A DNA stretch of 64,000 nucleotides from the NCBI GenBank assembly GCA_964016885.1, contig CAXHJY010000096.1:2108001-2172000 (forward strand), given 5' to 3'. Positions 38,600-50,600 of this stretch are shown piece by piece. Within the stretch, counting starts at the first letter, position 1. Each line of letters opens with the position of its first letter. The stretch is from Eledone cirrhosa (lineage: Eukaryota). A program made the translations under genes and the position numbers. Under the pieces are notes generated by a model. The model saw nothing but the letters and a program-made list of their open reading frames with translations, did no database searches and was not told the origin of the DNA.

Positions 38600-41500
38600 A
38601 AAAAATCAGGGGGAGATAATTTGTAAAAAAATCAGGGGGAGATAATTTGTAAAAGAAAAATCAGGGGGAGATAATTTGTAAAAAAAATCAGGGGGAGATA
38701 ATTTGTAAAAAAAAATCAGGGGTAGATAATTTGTAAAAAAAAATCAGGGGGAGATAATTTGTAAAAAAAATCAGAGGGAGATAATTTGTAAAAAAAATGA
38801 AAGGGGAGATAATATCCAGCCGTCCAAGGGGAGATAATTTCCAGCCGTCCAAGGGGAGATAATTTCCAGCCGTCCAAGGGGAGATAATTTCCATCCTTCC
38901 AAGGGGATATAATTTCCAGCCGTCCAAGGGGAGATAATTTCCCGCCAGCCAAGGGAAGATAATTTTTAAAAAAATCAGGCGGAGATTGTAAAAAAAATCA
39001 GGGGGGAGATAATTTGTAAAAAAATCAGGGGGAGATAATTTGTAAAAAAAAATCAGGGGGAGATAATTTGTAAAAAATAATCAGGGGGAGATAATTTGTA
39101 AAAAAAAATCAAGGGGAGATAATTTCCAGCCGTCCAAGGGGAGATAATTTCCCGCCAGCCAAGGGAAGATAATATTTAAAAAAATTAGGCGGAGATAATT
39201 TGTAAAAAAAATCAGGGGGAGATAATTTGTAAAAAAATCAGGGGGAGATAATTTGTAAAAAAAATCAGGGGGAGATAATTTGTAAAAAAAATCATGGGGA
39301 GATAATTTGTAAAAAAAAATCAGGGGTAGATAATTTGTAAAAAAAAATCAGGGGGAGATAATTTGTAAAAAAAAATCAGGGGGAGATAATTTGTAAAAAA
39401 AATCAAGGGGAGATAATTTCCAGCCGTCCAAGGGGAGATAATTTTCAGCCGTCCAAGAAGAGGTAATTTCTAGCCGTCCAAGGGGAGATAATTTCCAGCC
39501 GTCCAAGGGGAGGTAATTTCCAGCCGTCCAAGGGGAGATAATTTTAAAAAAAAAATCAGGCGGAGATAATTTGTAAAAAAAATCAAGGGGAGATACTTTG
39601 CAGCCGTCCAAGGGGAGATAATTTTCAGTCGTCCAAGGAGAGGTAATTTCTAGCCGTCCAAGGGGAGATAATTTCCAGCCGTCCAAGGGGAGATAATTTC
39701 CAGCCGTCCAAGGGGAGATAATTTTTTTTTAAAAATCAGGCGGAGATAATTTGTAAAAAAAATCAGGGGGAGATAATTTGTAAACAAAATCAGGGGGAGA
39801 TAATTTGTAAAAAAAAATCAGGGGGAGATAATTTGTAAAAAAAATCAAGGAGAGATAATTTCCAGCCGTCCAAGGGAAGATAATTTCCAGCCGTCCAAGG
39901 AGACATATTTTCCAGCCGTCCAAGGCGAGGTAATTTCTAGCCGTCCAAGGGGAGATAAATTCCAGCCTCCAAGGGGAGATAATTTCCAGCCAGCCAAGGC
40001 GAGATAATTTGTAAAAAAATCAGGGGGAGATAATTTGTAAAAAATATCAGGGAGATAATTTGTAAAAAAAAATCAGGGGGAGATAATTTGTAAAAAAAAT
40101 CAGGGGGAGATAATTTGTAACAAAAAATCAGGGGGAGATAATTTGTAAAAAAAATCAAGGGGAGATAATTTCCAGCCGTCCAAGGGGAGATAATTTTCAG
40201 CCGTCCAAGGAGAGGTAATTTCTAGCCGTCCGAGGAGAGATAATTTCCAGCCGTCCAAGGGGAGATAATTTCCATCCTTCCAAGGGGATATAATTTCCAG
40301 CCGTCCAAGGGGAGATAATTTCCATCCTTCCAAGGGGATATAATTTCCAGCCGTCCAAGGGGAGATAATTTTCAGCCGTCCAAGGAGAGGTAATTTCTAG
40401 CCGTCCAAGGAGAGATAATTTCCAGCCGTCCAAGGGGAGATAATTTCCAGCCGTCCAAGGGGAGATAATTTCCAGCCGTCCAAGGAGACATATTTTCCAG
40501 CCGTCCAAGGAGAGGTAATTCCTAGCCGTCCAAGGGGAGATAAATTCCAGCCTCCAAGGGGAGATAATTTCCAGCCAGCCAAGGGGAGATAATTTGTAAA
40601 AAAAATCAGGGGGAGATAATTTGTAAAAAAAATCAGGGGGAGATAATTTGTAAAAAAAAATCAGGGGGAGATAATTTGTAAAAAATAATCAGGGGGAGAT
40701 AATTTGTAAAAAAAATCAAGGGGAGATAATTTCCAGCCGTCCAAGGGGAGATAATTTTCAGCCGTCCAAGGGGAGATAATTTCCCGCCAGCCAAGGGAAG
40801 ATAATATTTAAAAAAATTAGGCGGAGATAATTTGTAAAAAAAATCAGGGGGAGATAATTTGTAAAAAAATCAGGGGGAGATAATTTGTAAAAGAAAAATC
40901 AGGGGGAGATAATTTGTAAAAAAAATCAGGGGGAGATAATTTGTAAAAAAAAATCAGGGGTAGATAATTTGTAAAAAAAAATCAGGGGGAGATAATTTGT
41001 AAAAAAAATCAGAGGGAGATAATTTGTAAAAAAAATGAAAGGGGAGATAATATCCAGCCGTCCAAGGGGAGATAATTTCCAGCCGTCCAAGGGGAGATAA
41101 TTTCCAGCCGTCCAAGGGGAGATAATTTCCATCCTTCCAAGGGGATATAATTTCCAGCCGTCCAAGGGGAGATAATTTCCCGCCAGCCAAGGGAAGATAA
41201 TTTTTAAAAAAATCAGGCGGAGATTGTAAAAAAAATCAGGGGGGAGATAATTTGTAAAAAAATCAGGGGGAGATAATTTGTAAAAAAAAATCAGGGGGAG
41301 ATAATTTGTAAAAAATAATTAGGGGGAGATAATTTGTAAAAAAAAATCAAGGGGAGATAATTTCCAGCCGTCCAAGGGGAGATAATTTCCCGCCAGCCAA
41401 GGGAAGATAATATTTAAAAAAATTAGGCGGAGATAATTTGTAAAAAAAATCAGGGGGAGATAATTTGTAAAAAAATCAGGGGGAGATAATTTGTAAAAAA

Positions 41501-43075
41501 AATCAGGGGGAGATAATTTGTAAAAAAAATCATGGGGAGATAATTTGTAAAAAAAAATCAGGGGTAGATAATTTGTAAAAAAAAATCAGGGGGAGATAAT
41601 TTGTAAAAAAAAATCAGGGGGAGATAATTTGTAAAAAAAATCAAGGGGAGATAATTTCCAGCCGTCCAAGGGGAGATAATTTTCAGCCGTCCAAGAAGAG
41701 GTAATTTCTAGCCGTCCAAGGGGAGATAATTTCCAGCCGTCCAAGGGGAGGTAATTTCCAGCCGTCCAAGGGGAGATAATTTTAAAAAAAAAATCAGGCG
41801 GAGATAATTTGTAAAAAAAATCAAGGGGAGATACTTTGCAGCCGTCCAAGGGGAGATAATTTTCAGTCGTCCAAGGAGAGGTAATTTCTAGCCGTCCAAG
41901 GGGAGATAATTTCCAGCCGTCCAAGGGGAGATAATTTCCAGCCGTCCAAGGGGAGATAATTTTTTTTTAAAAATCAGGCGGAGATAATTTGTAAAAAAAA
42001 TCAGGGGGAGATAATTTGTAAACAAAATCAGGGGGAGATAATTTGTAAAAAAAAATCAGGGGGAGATAATTTGTAAAAAAAATCAAGGAGAGATAATTTC
42101 CAGCCGTCCAAGGGAAGATAATTTCCAGCCGTCCAAGGAGACATATTTTCCAGCCGTCCAAGGCGAGGTAATTTCTAGCCGTCCAAGGGGAGATAAATTC
42201 CAGCCTCCAAGGGGAGATAATTTCCAGCCAGCCAAGGCGAGATAATTTGTAAAAAAATCAGGGGGAGATAATTTGTAAAAAATATCAGGGAGATAATTTG
42301 TAAAAAAAAATCAGGGGGAGATAATTTGTAAAAAAAATCAGGGGGAGATAATTTGTAACAAAAAATCAGGGGGAGATAATTTGTAAAAAAAATCAAGGGG
42401 AGATAATTTCCAGCCGTCCAAGGGGAGATAATTTTCAGCCGTCCAAGGAGAGGTAATTTCTAGCCGTCCGAGGAGAGATAATTTCCAGCCGTCCAAGGGG
42501 AGATAATTTCCATCCTTCCAAGGGGATATAATTTCCAGCCGTCCAAGGGGAGATAATTTCCATCCTTCCAAGGGGATATAATTTCCAGCCGTCCAAGGGG
42601 AGATAATTTTCAGCCGTCCAAGGAGAGGTAATTTCTAGCCGTCCAAGGAGAGATAATTTCCAGCCGTCCAAGGGGAGATAATTTCCAGCCGTCCAAGGGG
42701 AGATAATTTCCAGCCGTCCAAGGAGACATATTTTCCAGCCGTCCAAGGAGAGGTAATTCCTAGCCGTCCAAGGGGAGATAAATTCCAGCCTCCAAGGGGA
42801 GATAATTTCCAGCCAGCCAAGGGGAGATAATTTGTAAAAAAAATCAGGGGGAGATAATTTGTAAAAAAAATCAGGGGGAGATAATTTGTAAAAAAAAATC
42901 AGGGGGAGATAATTTGTAAAAAATAATCAGGGGGAGATAATTTGTAAAAAAAATCAAGGGGAGATAATTTCCAGCCGTCCAAGGGGAGATAATTTTCAGC
43001 CGTCCAAGGGGAGATAATTTCCCGCCAGCCAAGGGAAGATAATATTTAAAAAAATTAGGCGGAGATAATTTGTAA
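38600..43075 (+). repeat. 2,238-bp tandem duplication inside HOR domain II
   Basis: ORF pairs 38688/40926, 39348/41586, 39729/41967, 39937/42175, 40197/42435 and 40397/42635 are all offset by 2238. Also 7546+2238=9784, the offset seen downstream. The junction lies between ~40820 and ~40890. Confidence 0.92.
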
Positions 43076-46000
43076 AAAAAATCAGGGGGAGATAATTTGT
43101 AAAAAAATCAGGGGGAGATAATTTGTAAAAAAAATCAGGGGGGAGATAATTTGTAAAAAAATCAGGGGGAGATAATTTGTAAAAAATAATCAGGGGGAGA
43201 TAATTTGTAAAAAAATTCAAGGGGAGATAATTTCCAGCCGTCCAAGGGGAGATAATTTCCCGCCAGCCAAGGGAAGATAATATTTAAAAAAATTAGGCGG
43301 AGATAATTTGTAAAAAAAATCAGGGGGAGATAATTTGTAATAAAATCAGGGGGAGATAATTTGTAAAAAAAATCAGGGGGAGATAATTTGTAAAAAAAAT
43401 CATGGGGAGATAATTTGTAAAAAAAAATCAGGGGTAGATAATTTGTAAAAAAAAATCAGGGGGAGATAATTTGTAAAAAAAAATCAGGGGGAGATAATTT
43501 GTAAAAAAAATCAAGGGGAGATAATATCCAGCCGTCCAAGGAGAGATAATTTTAAAAAAAAATGAGGCGGAGATAATTTGTAAAAAAAAAATCAGGGGGA
43601 GTTAATTTGTAAAAAAAAATGAGGGGGAGATAATTTGTAAAATAAATCAAGGGGAGATAATTTCCAGCCGTCCAAGGGGAGATAATTTTCAGCCGTCCAA
43701 GGAGAGGTAATTTCTAGCCGTCCAAGGGGAGATAATTTCCAGCCGTCCAAGGGGAGGTAATTTCCAGCCGTCCAAGGGGAGATAAATTAAAAAAAAAATC
43801 AGGCGGAGATAATTTGTAAAAAAAATCAAGGGGAGATAATTTGCAGCCGTCCAATGGGAGATAATTTTCAGTCGTCCAAGGAGAGGTAATTTCTAGCCGT
43901 CCAAGGGGAGATAATTTCCAGCCGTCCAAGGGGAGATAATTTCCAGCCGTCCAAGGGGAGATAATTTTTTTTTAAAAATCAGGCGGAGATAATTTGTAAA
44001 AAAAATCAGGGGGAGATAATTTGTAAACAAAATCAGGGGGAGATAATTTGTAAAAAAAAATCAGGGGGAGATAATTTGTAAAAAAAATTAGGCGTAGATA
44101 ATTTGTAAAAAAAAATCAGGGGGAGATAATTTGTAAAAAAAAATCAGGGGGAGATAATTTGTTTAAAAAATCAAGGGGAGATAATTTGCAGCCGTCCAAA
44201 GGGAGATAATTTTCAGCCGTCCAAGGAGAGGTAATTTCTAGCCGTTCAAGGGGAGATAATTTCCAGCCGTCCAAGGGGAGATAATTTCCAGCCGTCCAAG
44301 GGGAGATAATTTTTTTTAAAAAATCAGGCGGAGATAATTTGTAAAAAAAAATCAGGGGGAGATAATTCGTAAAAAAAAATCAGGGGGAGATAATTTGTAA
44401 AAAAAAATCAGGGGGAGATAATTTGTAAAAAAAATCAAGGGGAGATAATTTCCAGCCGTCCAAGGGGAGGTAATATCTAGCCGTCCAAGGGGAGATAATT
44501 TCCAGCCGTCCAAGGGGAGATAATTTCCAGCCGTCCAAGGGGAGATAATTTCCAGCCGTCCAAGGAGACATATTTTCCAGCCGTCCAAGGCGAGGTAATT
44601 TCTAGCCGTCCAAGGGGAGATAAATTCCAGCCTCCAAGGGGAGATAATTTCCAGCCAGCCAAGGGGAGATAATTTGTAAAAAAATCAGGGGGAGATAATT
44701 TGTAAAAAATATCAGGGAGATAATTTGTAAAAAAAAATCAGGGGGAGATAATTTGTAAAAAAAAATCAGGGGGAGATAATTTGTAAAAAAAATCAAGGGG
44801 AGATAATTTCCAGCCGTCCAAGGGGAGATAATTTTCAGCCGTCCAAGGAGAGGTAATTTCTAGCCGTCCGAGGAGAGATAATTTCCAGCCGTCCAAGGGG
44901 AGATAATTTCCAGCCGTCCAAGGGGAGATAATTTCCAGCCGTCCAAGGAGACATATTTTCCAGCCGTCCAAGGAGAGGTAATTTCTAGCCGTCCAAGGGG
45001 AGATAAATTCCAGCCTCCAAGGGGAGTTAATTTCCAGCCAGCCAAGGGGAGATAATTTGTAAAAAAATCAGGGGGAGATAATTTGCAAAAAAAATCAGGG
45101 GGAGATAATTTGTAAAAAAATCAGGGGGAGATAATTTGTAAAAAATAATCAGGGGGAGATAATTTCCAGCCGTCGAAGGGGAGATAATTTAAAAAAAAAT
45201 CAGGCGGAGATAATTTGTAAAAAAAAATCAGGGGGAGATAATTTGTAAAAAAAAATCAGGGGGAGATAATTTGTAAAATAAATCAAGGGGAGATAATTTC
45301 CAGCCGTCCAAGGGGAGATAATTTTCAGCCGTCCAAGGGGAGATAATTTCCCGCCAGCCAAGGGAAGATAATATTTAAAAAAATCAGGCGGAGATAATTT
45401 GTAAAAAAAATCAGGGGGAGATAATTTGTAAAAAAATCAGGGGGAGATAATTTGTAAAAAAAAATCAGGGGGCGATAATTTGTAAAAAAAATCAGGGGGA
45501 GATAATTTGTAAAAAAAAATCAGGGGGAGATAATTTGTAAAAAAAAATCAGGGGGAGATAATTTGTAAAAAAAATGAAAGGGGAGATAATATCCAGCCGT
45601 CCAAGGGGAGATAATTTCCAGCCGTCCAAGGGGAGATAATTTCCAGCCGTCCAAGGGGAGATAATTTCCATCCTTCCAAGGGGATATAATTTCCAGCCGT
45701 CCAAGGGGAGATAATTTCCATCCTTCCAAGGGGATATAATTTCCAGCCGTCCAAGGGGAGATAATTTTCAGCCGTCCAAGGAGAGGTAATTTCTAGCCGT
45801 CCAAGGAGAGATAATTTCCAGCCGTCCAAGGGGAGATAATTTCCAGCCGTCCAAGGGGAGATAATTTCCAGCCGTCCAAGGAGACATATTTTCCAGCCGT
45901 CCAAGGAGAGGTAATTCCTAGCCGTCCAAGGGGAGATAAATTCCAGCCTCCAAGGGGAGATAATTTCCAGCCAGCCAAGGGGAGATCATTTGTAAAAAAA

Positions 46001-47699
46001 ATCAGGGGGAGATAATTTGTAAAAAAAATCAGGGGGAGATAATTTGTAAAAAAAAATCAGAGGGAGATAATTTGTAAAAAATAATCAGGGGGAGATAATT
46101 TGTAAAAAAAATCAAGGGGAGATAATTTCCAGCCGTCCAAGGGGAGATAATTTTCAGCCGTCCAAGGGGAGATAATTTTCAGCCGTCCAAGGAGAGGTAA
46201 TTTCTAGCCGTCCAAGGAGAGATAATTTCCAGCCGTCCAAGGGGAGAGAATTTCCAGCCGTCCAAGGGGAGATAATTTCCAGCCGTCCAAGGAGACATAT
46301 TTTCCAGCCGTCCAAGGAGAGGTAATTCCTAGCCGTCCAAGGGGAGATAAATTCCAGCCTCCAAGGGGAGATAATTTCCAGCCAGCCAAGGGGAGATCAT
46401 TTGTAAAAAAAATCAGGGGGAGATAATTTGTAAAAAAAATCAGGGGGAGATAATTTGTAAAAAAAAATCAGAGGGAGATAATTTGTAAAAAATAATCAGG
46501 GGGAGATAATTTGTAAAAAAAATCAAGGGGAGATAATTTCCAGCCGTCCAAGGGGAGATAATTTTCAGCCGTCCAAGGGGAGATAATTTCCCGCCAGCCA
46601 AGGGAAGATAATATTTAAAAAAATTAGGCGGAGATAATTTGTAAAAAAAATCAGGGGGAGATAATTTGTAAAAAAATCAGGGGGAGATAATTTGTAAAAA
46701 AAATCAGGGGGAGATAATTTGTAAAAAAAAATCAGGGGTAGATAATTTGTAAAAAAAAATCAGGGGGAGATAATTTGTAAAAAAAATCAGGGGGAGATAA
46801 TTTGTAAAAAAAATCAGGGGGAGATAATTTGTAAAAAAAAATCAGGGGTAGATAATTTGTAAAAAAAAATCAGGGGGAGATAATTTGTAAAAAAAATCAA
46901 GGGGAGATAATTTCCAGCCATCCAAGGGAAGATAATTTCCAGCCCTCCAAGGGGCTATAATTTCCAGCGTCCAAGGGGAGATAATTTCCAGCCAGCGAAG
47001 GGGAGATAATTTTTTTTTCAAAATCATTGGGAGATTTGTAAAAAAAATCAGGGGGAGATAATTTGTAAAAAAAATCAAGGGGAGATAATTTCCAGCCGTC
47101 CAAGGGGAGGTAATATCTAGCCGTCCAAGGGGAGATAATTTCCAGCCGTCCAAGGGTAGATAATATCCAGCCGTCCAAGGACATATTTTCCAGCCGTCCA
47201 AGGAGAGGTAATTTCTAGCCGTCCAAGGGGAGATAAATTCCAGCCTCCAAGGGGAGATAATTTCCAGCCAGCCAAGGGGAGATAATTTGTAAAATAATCA
47301 GGGGGAGATAATTTGTAAAAAAAATCAGGGGGAGATAATTTGTAAAAAAAAATCAGGGGGAGATAATTTGTAAAAAAAAATCAGGGGGAGATAATTTGTA
47401 AAAAAAATCAGGGGGAGATAATTTGTAAAAAAAATCAAGGGGAGATCATTTCCAGCCGTCCAAGGGAGATAATTTTCAGCCGTCCAAGGGGAGATAATTT
47501 CCCGCCAGCCAAGGGAAGATAATATTTAAAAAAATCAGGCGGAGATAATTTGTAAAAAAAATCAGGGGGAGATAATTTGTAAAAAAATCAGGGGGAGATA
47601 ATTTGTAAAAGAAAAATCAGGGGGAGATAATTTGTAAAAAAAATCAGGGGGAGATAATTTGTAAAAAAAAATCAGGGGTAGATAATTTGTAAAAAAAAA

Positions 47700-50600
47700 T
47701 CAGGGGGAGATAATTTGTAAAAAAAATCAAGGGGAGATAATTTCCAGCCGTCCAAGGGGAGATAATTTTCAGCCGTCCAAGGGGAGATAATTTCCCGCCA
47801 GCCAAGGGAAGATAATATTTAAAAAAATCAGGCGGAGATAATTTGTAAAAAAAATCAGGGGGAGATAATTTGTAAAAAAATCAGGGGGAGATAATTTGTA
47901 AAAAAAAAATCAGGGGGAGATAATTTGTAAAAAAAATCAGGGGGAGATAATTTGTAAAAAAAAATCAGGGGTAGATAATTTGTAAACAAAAATCAGGGGG
48001 AGATAATTTGTAAAAAAAAATCAGGGGGAGATAATTTGTAAAAAAAATGAAAGGGGAGATAATATCCAGCCGTCCAAGGGGAGATAATTTCCAGCCGTCC
48101 AAGGAGACATATTTTCCAGCCGTCCAAGGAGAGGTAATTCCTAGCCGTCCAAGGGGAGATAAATTCCAGCCTCCAAGGGGAGATAATTTGTAAAAAAAAT
48201 CAGGGGGAGATAATTTGTAAAAAAAATCAGGGGGAGATAATTTGTAAAAAAAATCAGGGGGAGATAATTTGTAAAAAAAAATCAGGGGTAGATAATTTGT
48301 AAAAAATAATCAGGGGGAGATAATTTGTAAAAAAAATCAAGGGGAGATAATTTCCAGCCGTCCAAGGGGAGATAATTTTCAGCCGTCCAAGGGGAGATAA
48401 TTTCCCGCCAGCCAAGGGAAGATAATATTTAAAAAAATTAGGCGGAGATAATTTGTAAAAAAAATCAGGGGTAGATAATTTGTAAAAAAATCAGGGGGAG
48501 ATAATTTGTAAAAAAAATCAGGGGGAGATAATTTGTAAAAAAAATCAGGGGGAGATAATTTGTAAAAAAAAATCAGGGGGAGATAATTTGTAAAAAAAAT
48601 CAAGGGGAGATAATTTCCAGCCGTCCAAGGGAAGATAATTTCCAGCCCTCCAAGGGGCTATAATTTCCAGCGTCCAAGGGGAGATAATTTCCAGCCAGCG
48701 AAGGGGAGATAATTTTTTTTAAAAAATCATTGGGAGATTTGTAAAAAAAATCAGGGGGAGATAATTTGTAAAAAAAATCAAGGGGAGATAATTTCCAGCC
48801 GTCCAAGGGGAGGTAATATCTAGCCGTCCAAGGGGAGATAATTTCCAGCCGTCCAAGGGGAGATAATTTCCAGCCGTCCAAGGGTAGATAATATCCAGCC
48901 GTCCAAGGACATATTTTCCAGCCGTCCAAGGAGAGGTAATTTCTAGCCGTCCAAGGGGAGATAAATTCCAGCCTCCAAGGTGAGATAATTTCCAGCCAGC
49001 CAAGGGGAGATAATTTGTAAAAAAATCAGGGGGAGATAATTTGTAAAAAAAATCAGGGGGAGATAATTTGTAAAAAAAAATCAGGGGGAGATAATTTGTA
49101 AAAAAAAATCAGGGGGAGATAATTTGTAAAAAAAAATCAGGGGGAGATAATTTGTAAAAAAATCAAGGGGAGATAATTTCCAGCCGTCCAAGGGGAGATA
49201 ATTTTCAGCCGTCCAAGGGGAGATAATTTCCCGCCAGCCAAGGGAAGATAATATTTGAAAAAATCAGGCGGAGATAATTTGTAAAAAAAATCAGGGGGAG
49301 ATAATTTGTAAAAAAATCAGGGGGAGATAATTTGTAAAAAAAAAATCATGGGGAGATAATTTGTAAAAAAAATCAGGGGGAGATAATTTGTAAAAAAAAA
49401 TCAGGGGTAGATAAATTGTAAAAAAAAATCAGGGGGAGATAATTTGTAAAAAAAATCAGGGGGAGATAATTTGTAAAAAAAATGAAAGGGGAGATAATAT
49501 CCAGCCGTCCAAGGGGAGATAATTTCCAGCCGTCCAAGGGGAGATAATTTCCAGCCGTCCAAGGGGAGATAATTTCCATCCTTCCAAGGGGATATAATTT
49601 CCAGCCGTCCAAGGGGAGATAATTTCCCGCCAGCCAAGGGAAGATAATTTTTAAAAAAATCAGGCGGAGATTGTAAAAAAAATCAGGGGGGAGATAATTT
49701 GTAAAAAAATCAGGGGGAGATAATTTGTAAAAAAAAATCAGGGGGAGATAATTTGTAAAAAATAATCAGGGGGAGATAATTTGTAAAAAAAAATCAAGGG
49801 GAGATAATTTCCAGCCGTCCAAGGGGAGGTAATATCTAGCCGTCCAAGGGGAGATAATTTCCAGCCGTCCAACGGGAGATAATTTCCAGCCGTCCATGGG
49901 TAGATAATATCCAGCCGCCCAAGGACATATTTTCCAGCCGTCCAAGGAGAGGTAATTTCTAGCCGTCCAAGGGGAGATAATTACAGCCGTCCAAGGGTAG
50001 ATAATATCCAGCCGTCCAAGGACATATTTTCCAGCCGTCCAAGGAGAGGTAATTTCTAGCCGTCCAAGGGGAGATAAATTCCAGCCTCCAAGGGGAGATA
50101 ATTTCCAGCCAGCCAAGGGGAGATAATTTGTAAAAAAATCAGGGGGAGATAATTTGTAAAAAAAATCAGGGGGAGATAATTTGTAAAAAAAAATCAGGGG
50201 GAGATAATTTGTAAAAAAAAATCAGGGGGAGATAATTTGCAAAAAAAATCAGGGGGAGATAATTTGTAAAAAAAAATCAGGGGTAGATAATTTGTAAAAA
50301 AAAATCAGGGGGAGATAATTTGTAAAAAAAAATCAGGGGGAGATAATTTGTAAAAAAAATCAAGGGGAGATAATTTCCAGCCGTCCAAGGGAAGATAATT
50401 TCCAGCCCTCCAAGGGGCTATAATTTCCAGCGTCCAAGGGGAGATAATTTCCAGCCAGCGAAGGGGAGATAATTTTTTTTAAAAAATCATTGGGAGATTT
50501 GTAAAAAAAATCAGGGGGAGATAATTTGTAAAAAAAATCAAGGGGAGATAATTTCCAGCCGTCCAAGGGGAGGTAATATCTAGCCGTCCAAGGGGAGATA

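Larger units (their letters stand above)
20600..47700 (+). repeat. HOR domain II, 7,546-bp unit with structural variants (observed offsets 6334, 7546, 7360, 9784, 9757, 8956)
   Basis: ORF offsets: 22041/29587, 22980/30526 and 24442/31988 = 7546; 25852/33212 through 32837/40197 = 7360; 33212/42996 = 9784. The marker GTCGAAGG lies at 21721, 28055, 35415 and 45172. Domain-private variants include GAGATCATTT, CAGAGGGAG, GGGGGCGAT, AGATACTTTG and CCAATGGG. Confidence 0.92.
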
